The translations under genes were made by a program, and so were the position numbers. Source: Candidatus Promineifilaceae bacterium (GTDB taxonomy: Bacteria; Chloroflexota; Anaerolineae; Promineifilales; Promineifilaceae). Taken from it: a stretch of DNA of 59,264 nucleotides. The DNA is taken from the NCBI GenBank assembly GCA_050301775.1, contig JBNKZT010000001.1, positions 1 through 59,264 of the forward strand. The letters are read 5' to 3'. This document shows, one piece after another, positions 54,012-59,264 of this stretch; position 1 is the first letter of the stretch; each line of letters starts with the position of its first letter. A model generated the notes under the pieces. It was given only the letters and a program-made list of their open reading frames with translations. It did not search any database and was not told where the DNA came from.

Positions 54012-54903
54012 AATAATCTAAATCAATTTTCTTAATCGTGTATTGAGCTACTTCACTTACTCCAACCCCATGATCTATCATCAATTCCGCCAATTGTTCG
54101 CCATCAATCAGTACGATTTTCTTCTCAATACGGGTTACGTAGTCTTTTGCAGTTTTAGAGAAATTCGAAGTTGTAATCAAAACGCCTTTTCTGGCTCTAA
54201 AACCTTCCAGACTGCCTGCGAAAGTCTGGACTACGGGGCGACCTACCGTTCCTTCCCACCTTTTTGCCTGAATATACACAACATCCAAACCTAATTTGTC
54301 TTCTTTAATGATGCCATCGATACCACCATCACCACTTTGACCAACTGCTTGACCTGCATCCTTTTTTGAACCACCATAACCCATTGCAACTAATAAATCC
54401 ACTACCAAGCTTTCAAAGAAACCAGGTGTGCAAATTTTAGCCAAACTTAATAGCTCTTGTGCAAGTTCTTGCCGAAGTTCTTGGTAGCTTGATTCTAGCG
54501 ATTCCTCTGGTGTTTGCTCAGAAACTGATTCGGGAGTTTCTTTATCATCATTTTGTTTTGATGATGTGCGGAATTCAACAAATTCGGGGAATTGTTTGAG
54601 AAATTTCAGGTCTATCTTTTCTGGTTTAGACTTTAATACTTGTTGACCGCGTTCTGTTATACGGAATTTTCCTCTCCCTTCACTTTTTAATAGATTTGCT
54701 TTCCTTAAATGGGTTGTTGCCCAACCAATACGATTATTGAATCTTTTCTGTCTTCCACTTGGCAGATGTTCTTTTAGATCTTGCTCAGTTAATTGAAACG
54801 TAATTGCCAGTGTTTCGATAACTTCACTGTTTGTATGCTCTTTTCCATCTCCCGCCAACATCAAAAGTGGCAACATTAAACTTTGAAAATCTGGAACGGC
54901 CAT
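53998..54903 (-). CDS. mrr: Mrr-type (type IV, modification-dependent) restriction endonuclease
   Basis: Track ORF of 301 aa. Mrr_N winged helix (PDFQSLMLPLLMLAGDGKEHT..RFNNRIGWATTHLRKANLL) and Mrr catalytic core (DGGIDGII..VYIQAKRW). It is visibly AT-rich relative to its neighbours. Confidence 0.9.
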   Translation of the reverse strand: MAVPDFQSLMLPLLMLAGDGKEHTNSEVIETLAITFQLTEQDLKEHLPSGRQKRFNNRIGWATTHLRKANLLKSEGRGKFRITERGQQVLKSKPEKIDLKFLKQFPEFVEFRTSSKQNDDKETPESVSEQTPEESLESSYQELRQELAQELLSLAKICTPGFFESLVVDLLVAMGYGGSKKDAGQAVGQSGDGGIDGIIKEDKLGLDVVYIQAKRWEGTVGRPVVQTFAGSLEGFRARKGVLITTSNFSKTAKDYVTRIEKKIVLIDGEQLAELMIDHGVGVSEVAQYTIKKIDLDYFETE

Positions 54904-54977
54904 AACCCACCTCGTTATTTGAATGAATCAAAAGGTTTTTTAAGAGTTTACTGAGATTGGTTCGGCTGTCAACTTGA

Positions 54978-55466
54978 TTACCTTAGGGTAGAAATTTTTT
55001 GAGTTACATCGTCAGGCGACAACGAACCGACATTGCGCCAGACTTCATCGCCCGATTTGTCGAACAGGATAAACGTGGGCGTAAAGCGGAAATTAAGCCG
55101 TTGTAACAAATCAGCGGCGCTGTCGTCTTGAACGTTGAGGCGTACGACCTGTACCGCGTCACCCCACTCTGCTTCTAGCCCATCAACGATGGGCCTGGCC
55201 TGGCGGCAGGCCGCTCAATAATCGGAATACAATTCCAGGAAAACGGGCTGGCCGGGATCGGCCAGCAGCATTTCCACCTCATTGGCCGCAGTCCCTTTGG
55301 TTTCGGTTTGGAGCAGAAAGTAACCCACGATAATCAGGGCCAGCAGCCCGCCGATGAGGGACAGACGACTGAGTAACGGCCGTTGCCGCCACACCACCGC
55401 CAATATCAACAAGCCCAATGGCAAAACCAGCGAGAACACGGCCGAATATTGATTAACGATTTGCAT
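54978..55466 (-). CDS. Membrane-anchored thioredoxin-fold protein with in-frame TGA at 55217-55215 in the redox motif (U-A-A-C): predicted selenoprotein, or a Cys-to-stop pseudogene
   Basis: Track ORF 55215..55502 ends ...PGQPVFLELYSDY at a TGA. My in-frame continuation is stop-free for 79 codons: AACRQARPIVDGLEAEWGDAVQVVRLNVQDDSAADLLQRLNFRFTPTFILFDKSGDEVWRNVGSLSPDDVTQKISTLR, then TAA at 54980-54978. This is the remainder of a thioredoxin fold (cis-Pro TPT). The likely start is ATG 55466 (MQIVNQYSAVF, TM helices). Confidence 0.6.
55178..55194 (-). promoter_or_regulatory. Candidate bacterial SECIS hairpin 20 nt downstream of the in-frame UGA
   Basis: Minus-strand RNA: UGA GCGGCCUGCCGCCAGGCCAG GCCCAUC GUU GAUGGGC. 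It has a 7-bp stem and a G/U-containing apical loop. A second small hairpin GGCCUG CCGC CAGGCC lies directly after the UGA. Confidence 0.4.
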
Positions 55467-55573
55467 AGCCGCGAGTGTAACGGAATCGTCCGGCAAGCAC
55501 AAACAGTTTCATGAGCGTTTCAGCTAATCAGCGATTCGCTGATCGCTGACCGGCTGACAAGCTGATGGCTAAT

Positions 55574-55582
55574 TGGTACAAT
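55574..55582 (+). promoter_or_regulatory. Extended -10 box TGGTACAAT, 9 nt upstream of ATG 55592 (very short leader or none)
   Basis: TGGTACAATcatcaggcaATG. It is preceded by the palindrome ATCAGCGAtTCGCTGAT (55527-55543) and GCTGAC-type short repeats. Confidence 0.35.
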
Positions 55583-55591
55583 CATCAGGCA

Positions 55592-56023
55592 ATGAACGAC
55601 GAGTCCCTGATCATCATTAACGAACAGGTCAGCATTCCGGCGGCCGAACTGCAATTTCGCTTTTCCACCAGCAGCGGGCCGGGCGGCCAACACGTCAACC
55701 GCTCGGCGACACGGGTAACGCTGCTGTTTGACGTGGCCCAGTCGCCCAGCCTGGACGAGACCGTGCGCGCCCGGCTGCTGCAAAAGCTGGCCCCGCGCCT
55801 GGATAAGGAAGGCGTTCTGCACATCGACGTTCAAGAATCACGCAGCCAGTACCGGAATCGGGAAACGGCCGTGCTTCGCTTCCAACTCATCCTGGCCAAC
55901 GCCCTCAAACAGCCCAAAAAACGGCGCAAAACCAAACCCAACCGGGCCGCCATCGAGCGCCGCCTGACCGAAAAAAAGCAGCACAGCCAGCGCAAGCAAG
56001 AGCGCCGGCAAAGCTGGGAATGA
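55592..56023 (+). CDS. arfB: Alternative ribosome-rescue factor ArfB (peptidyl-tRNA hydrolase, GGQ class)
   Basis: Track ORF 55565..56023. The likely start is ATG 55592 (MNDESLIIINEQV). GGQ motif SSGPGGQHVNRSATRV and a basic C-terminal tail KKRRKTKPNRAAIERRLTEKKQHSQRKQERR. Confidence 0.9.
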   Translation: MNDESLIIINEQVSIPAAELQFRFSTSSGPGGQHVNRSATRVTLLFDVAQSPSLDETVRARLLQKLAPRLDKEGVLHIDVQESRSQYRNRETAVLRFQLILANALKQPKKRRKTKPNRAAIERRLTEKKQHSQRKQERRQSWE

Positions 56024-56122
56024 AGGGTTGAAGGAGTGAAAGGGTGAAGGGGTGAAGAGACTGTAATCAGCTATTCGACTATAAGACTATGAGATTACGA
56101 GACTACACAACTACGAGACCAC
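56022..56122. repeat. Two short-period (8-nt) tandem arrays filling the arfB - cyclase intergenic spacer
   Basis: GGGTTGAAG GAGTGAAAG GGTGAAGG GGTGAAGA, then GACTATAA GACTATGA GATTACGA GACTACACAACTACGA GACCACA, ending at ATG 56123. Confidence 0.5.
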
Positions 56123-56776
56123 ATGACTATTATTGACATTAGCCGCAATTTGGAAAAAGGGATGGCCGTCTGGCCGGGAGATACGCCCTATCATTTAGAA
56201 ATCGTGTTGGATCGACAGCACGGTAATGTGGTCAACCTGACAACGTTAACCCTGAGCGCCCACACCGGCAGCCACGCCGACGCACCGCGCCATTTTACGG
56301 ATGAGGGGTTGACAATGGAGCAAGTGGATTTACGGCCGTATTGGGGCCCCGCCCTCGTTGTTACCGTCAGCAAAACCGCCGGACCGCTGCTGCCGGCCGA
56401 TTTCGCCGCCACTGATTTGCGCGGCGCGGAACGGCTGCTGGTGCGCACGCCGCTGCAAGGGCTGCCCTTCGACCAGTTCCCCGACGCTGTGCCTCATCCC
56501 AGCCCGGAACTGGCCGACTTTTTGGGTGAGTTAGGCATCCTGCTCTACGGAACCGACACGCCTTCGATGGATGCCATCGACAGCAAAGACCTGCCCGGCC
56601 ATAATGCTTTGCTGCGCAACGGGATTGCTATTTTGGAAGGATTAGATTTGTCGGGGGCGGGGGACGGCCGTTACGAACTCGTTGCTCTCCCCCTAAAAAT
56701 TGTGGGCGGGGATGGCAGTCCGGTGCGGGCGGCGTTGAGGAGTTGGCAAGTTGGCGAGAAAGCGAGTGACGAGTGA
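56123..56776 (+). CDS. Cyclase-family protein (arylformamidase / kynurenine formamidase-like)
   Basis: Track ORF of 217 aa. Metal-binding motif HTGSHADAPRHF, plus GTDTPSMD and LPLKIVGGDGSPVRA. Confidence 0.85.
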   Translation: MTIIDISRNLEKGMAVWPGDTPYHLEIVLDRQHGNVVNLTTLTLSAHTGSHADAPRHFTDEGLTMEQVDLRPYWGPALVVTVSKTAGPLLPADFAATDLRGAERLLVRTPLQGLPFDQFPDAVPHPSPELADFLGELGILLYGTDTPSMDAIDSKDLPGHNALLRNGIAILEGLDLSGAGDGRYELVALPLKIVGGDGSPVRAALRSWQVGEKASDE

Positions 56777-56791
56777 AGCAGCCTCATCTAA

Positions 56792-56820
56792 TTGACATGT
56801 GACACCACATACGGTACTAT
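56792..56820 (+). promoter_or_regulatory. Sigma-70-type promoter TTGACA-17 nt-TACTAT with the predicted TSS at or next to ATG 56829 (leaderless hicA)
   Basis: TTGACA lies at 56792-56797 and TACTAT at 56815-56820. The ATG follows 8 nt later. Confidence 0.5.
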
Positions 56821-56828
56821 AAATCACA

Positions 56829-57074
56829 ATGACACAGCGAGAAAAACGGCTCGCCAAAATTCGCAACAATCCGAAAAATGTTCGTTTTGACGATCTGAAT
56901 CGCGTGCTGCGCGATTATGGATTTGAGCGGCGACAACCAAAAGGTGGCTCCAGTCATTATTTCTATTTTCTTGGCGACAGGCGCTTGACCATTCCGATGA
57001 AACGGCCGTTTGTGAAAGCCATTTACGTCAAGCAAGTTTTGAGCATCCTGGAGGAAATTGATGATGAACGATAA
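56829..57074 (+). CDS. hicA: HicA-family mRNA interferase toxin
   Basis: Track ORF of 81 aa. RFDDLNRVLRDYGFERRQPKGGSSHYFY. Confidence 0.85.
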   Translation: MTQREKRLAKIRNNPKNVRFDDLNRVLRDYGFERRQPKGGSSHYFYFLGDRRLTIPMKRPFVKAIYVKQVLSILEEIDDER

Positions 57075-57435
57075 AACAATTGAGTATTATTTGGACTTAC
57101 CCTATACCATTGAATTCCAACAAGATAAATCCGATCCGCAACATCCAGTATGGTTTGCCAAAGTGAAGGAACTGCCCGGCTGCATGACGGAAGCTGACAA
57201 AGTGGAAGAAGCCGCCGAGATGATTCAAGATGCAATGGTAACCTGGATTCAAGGGTCATTGGACGCCGGTCTTGCCATTCCCGAACCGCAAAGTGACTCA
57301 CAATACAGCGGCAAATTTTCGGTGCGCTTGCCTAAATCTTTGCACCGCGATTTGGTAGAAGTTGCCGAACGCGAGGGCGTTAGCCTGAATCAATACATTA
57401 ATGTCATGCTTAGTCGGGTCATTGGATCGCATTAA
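57058..57435 (+). CDS. hicB: HicB-family antitoxin with C-terminal RHH DNA-binding domain
   Basis: Track ORF of 125 aa. HicB fold (WFAKVKELPGCMTEADKVEEA) and RHH (GKFSVRLPKSLHRDLVEVAEREGVSLNQYINVMLS). It overlaps hicA by 17 nt. Confidence 0.85.
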   Translation: MMMNDKTIEYYLDLPYTIEFQQDKSDPQHPVWFAKVKELPGCMTEADKVEEAAEMIQDAMVTWIQGSLDAGLAIPEPQSDSQYSGKFSVRLPKSLHRDLVEVAEREGVSLNQYINVMLSRVIGSH

Positions 57436-57702
57436 CAACAATTTCTCTGAACTGAAATGAGCCGTTAACGTGTATTGTTTACGGCCGTGTTCTGGCTAGT
57501 CAAACATAAGAAGCGTGCCAGTATGAGCGATCAGTAATCCGAACAATCTGGAACCAGCGACGAGATTTGCGTCGATAATATCGAGGATAGCAAAGTTGTT
57601 GCGGTTGGCTGGCACAACGGCCGTTTCCCCACCCCCAGGCTGCTTTTTTTTATCTTTCACATCAGGGATTTACACAGCCCATTTTGGAGGTTAATCTCAA
57701 CT

Positions 57703-58252
57703 TTATGAACGAGTGAGTTCGCCCCTTAGGTCAGTTTGCATCAACGATTTAATGGTTGTGGTGGGTAAGTTCTGGCTAAAAAGATAAAACAGCTTGGCCA
57801 AAGCAGCTTCAACCGTCAAATCATAACCGCTATTCAGCCGCCAGAATCATGGCCGTGATCAGGTTTTCACGGGCATCATTGCGGGCTTCACAAAGCGGGA
57901 CTTGCGAGCCGGTCAAAATGACCGGCTTACGCAAACCCTCCAGCATAAACGGCAGCGCCGACGCGGTATAGGCCATCGTATCGGTGCCGTGTAAAATGAC
58001 AAACCCGTCATAATCGTCATACCGGTCGGCAATATCTTGGGCAATTTTCAGCCAATCACGCGGAGTCATATTGGCCGAATCAAGTAAGGGATTGTACTCG
58101 TGCAAGTCGTAGTCGGGCAGGGGCAGGTTGTCCAAGGTTGAAATTTGGGCCATTTGTTCCGCCAGGTAGCCCGGCGCAGGAGCGTAGCCATTGGGCGTCT
58201 TTCTCATGCCGATAGTGCCGCCGGTGTTGGCGATGTAAACGCGCTTGGTCAT
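57703..58252 (-). pseudogene. ansA: Type I L-asparaginase gene with an internal deletion of about 155 codons plus a frame change
   Basis: Track ORF 57830..58252 encodes residues 1-140 (RVYIANTGGTIGM, ILHGTDTMAYTASAL, PVILTGSQVP) and stops at TAG. In another frame, directly downstream, I read YDLTVEAALAKLFYLFSQNLPTTTIKSLMQTDLRGELTRS, then TAA at 57705-57703. That matches the extreme C-terminus of AnsA-type enzymes as I remember it (E. coli ...DMTVEATLTKLHYLLSQELDTETIRKAMSQNLRGELT). Confidence 0.7.
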
Positions 58253-58258
58253 GTTCTT

Positions 58259-59212
58259 TTACGGAAGTACGTTCACCGCATTGCGTGTTTCCACACCGCG
58301 CAGGCAGTCTAATACCTTGCTGACGATTTGGGTGGACACATTGCGCTGTGCTTCGGCTGTACTGGCTCCCAGGTGGGGGGTGTGCAGCACGTTGGGCAGA
58401 CCAAGTAAGGGATTGTCGGCGGCCGGTGGTTCGCTGGTGTACACATCCAATGCTGCTGCTTTCACATGCCCGTTTTGTAACGCATCAGCCAGGGCGGCTT
58501 CGTCAATTAGTTTGCCACGAGCGACATTGACGATGACAACGCCTTTTTTCATCTTTTTGATGGCCGAGTCGTTGATCATTTGGGTGGTTGCGGGGGTAAC
58601 GGCCGTATGCAATGTCAAATAATCAGCCTGTGACAAAACCTGGTCCAGATCAACTAATGACACATCCAACGCAGCCGCCTCTTCCGCCTTCACAAACGGA
58701 TCATGGGCCAGCACCGTCATGCCAAATGCTTTGGCTCGTTCGGCAACCAGGCGCCCAATCCGGCCCAAGCCGACAATGCCCAACACCTTGCCGAATAGTT
58801 CCGTCCCGGCAAACTGCGCCCGGTTCCATTCACCGGCGGCCAGCGAATTATGTGCCGGAACGGTGTACCGGGTGACGGCCAGCATAAGGGCCATCGTCTG
58901 TTCGGCCGTGGCTACACTGTTCGATCCTGGTGTGTTCATCACGACAACGCCATGATTGGTTGCGGCGGCGATGTCGATATTGTCTACGCCAATCCCGGCC
59001 CGGCCTATCACCTTGAGCTTTTTACCAGCGGCAATGACATCGGCGTCAGGCCGCGTATCGCTGCGAATAATCAGTCCATCGTACTCCGGGATAATGGCCA
59101 GCAATTCTTCTTTGCTCAAGCCAGTTTTCATGTCGTAGGCGGCATCGGCCGCTTTGTCCAGCATGTCCAGTCCGGCAGCGCCTAATTTATCAGAAACGAG
59201 AATTCGATACAT
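58259..59212 (-). CDS. serA: D-3-phosphoglycerate dehydrogenase, short form without ACT/ASB domains
   Basis: Track ORF of 317 aa. MYRILVSDKLG..., the NAD-binding motif GIVGLGRIGRLVA, and catalytic R/E/H positions (NVARG, HLGAST). Confidence 0.85.
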   Translation of the reverse strand: MYRILVSDKLGAAGLDMLDKAADAAYDMKTGLSKEELLAIIPEYDGLIIRSDTRPDADVIAAGKKLKVIGRAGIGVDNIDIAAATNHGVVVMNTPGSNSVATAEQTMALMLAVTRYTVPAHNSLAAGEWNRAQFAGTELFGKVLGIVGLGRIGRLVAERAKAFGMTVLAHDPFVKAEEAAALDVSLVDLDQVLSQADYLTLHTAVTPATTQMINDSAIKKMKKGVVIVNVARGKLIDEAALADALQNGHVKAAALDVYTSEPPAADNPLLGLPNVLHTPHLGASTAEAQRNVSTQIVSKVLDCLRGVETRNAVNVLP

Positions 59213-59223
59213 TGTATTTCCCC

Positions 59224-59264
59224 TTACTGTGCCAAAAATTCGTCAATCGCCGCGAACAGTTCTT
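59224..59264 (-). CDS. 3' end of an unidentified gene entering from the right window edge
   Basis: Minus-strand reading ..ELFAAIDEFLAQ, then TAA at 59226-59224. Only 13 codons are visible. Confidence 0.25.
   Translation of the reverse strand, partial: ELFAAIDEFLAQ

Noticed and set aside
57436-57702. 267-nt gap between hicB and the ansA relic. The minus strand reads ..NRNNFAILDIIDANLVAGSRLFGLLIAHTGTLLMFD, which might be a gene remnant.
   Set aside because: It is a short fragment with no start and no family motif I can recognise. The evidence is insufficient to call a pseudogene.
58259-59212. Possibility that serA (317 aa) is truncated, because it lacks ACT/ASB domains and abuts a pseudogene
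   Set aside because: Short (type III) phosphoglycerate dehydrogenases of about this length exist. The ORF covers complete substrate- and NAD-binding domains and ends cleanly. I have no evidence of decay, but this is not verified by alignment.

Overview
This is a 59.3-kb chromosomal window, moderately GC-rich, with about 45 protein genes and no rRNA, tRNA or CRISPR array. All domain calls come from motifs I read in the translations; no searches were run.

The style suggests a filamentous Chloroflexota-like bacterium, but that is inference only. The cues are giant SARP/STAND signalling proteins, DUF11/PKD/collagen-like surface proteins, leaderless genes with extended -10 boxes, and decamer-unit palindromic repeats.

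Gene content, left to right:
- A tandem pair of SARP-domain STAND regulators. The first is a 1781-aa SARP + Ser/Thr kinase + P-loop + TM + 14xWD40 fusion.
- An M28-like peptidase, a YbaK-type deacylase, an orphan nucleotidyltransferase, an AGXT-type aminotransferase and a GNAT.
- A more AT-rich block: a cNMP-gated histidine kinase, a 5-gene Opp/Dpp-type peptide ABC transporter and an SH3b lipoprotein.
- Several lipoproteins, membrane proteins and a CAP-domain protein, then a DEAD-box helicase.
- A 10-kb co-directional locus: a parvulin PPIase, a Pro/Thr-rich anchor protein, a gene relic and three large paralogous Cys-rich secreted proteins of unknown function.
- uvrC and vapBC.
- A collagen-like/H-lectin-like/7-blade propeller fibre protein with a DUF11 protein.
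- An ATP-grasp enzyme, a YqeC-MocA fusion, adenosine deaminase, DUF4870, DUF2723, a DUF45 peptidase, a flavin reductase and a metalloenzyme-family protein.
- A low-GC mrr islet.
- A thioredoxin-fold gene interrupted by an in-frame TGA.
- arfB, a cyclase/kynurenine-formamidase-like gene, hicAB, an internally deleted ansA relic and a short serA.

Main leads:
1. The octamer palindrome ACGGCCGT occurs about 70 times, a HIP-like signal.
2. The P1-P3 paralog cluster shares a novel 8-Cys module, and a [YC]LP[VLM]V tail motif recurs on secreted proteins.
3. The thioredoxin-fold gene has UGA replacing the first Cys of CxxC, with a downstream hairpin, so it is a candidate selenoprotein.
4. Phased CGTCAAC heptamers upstream of the SARP-kinase gene look like a SARP operator.
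5. Palindromic repeat elements occur across the window, including two inserted in frame inside genes.
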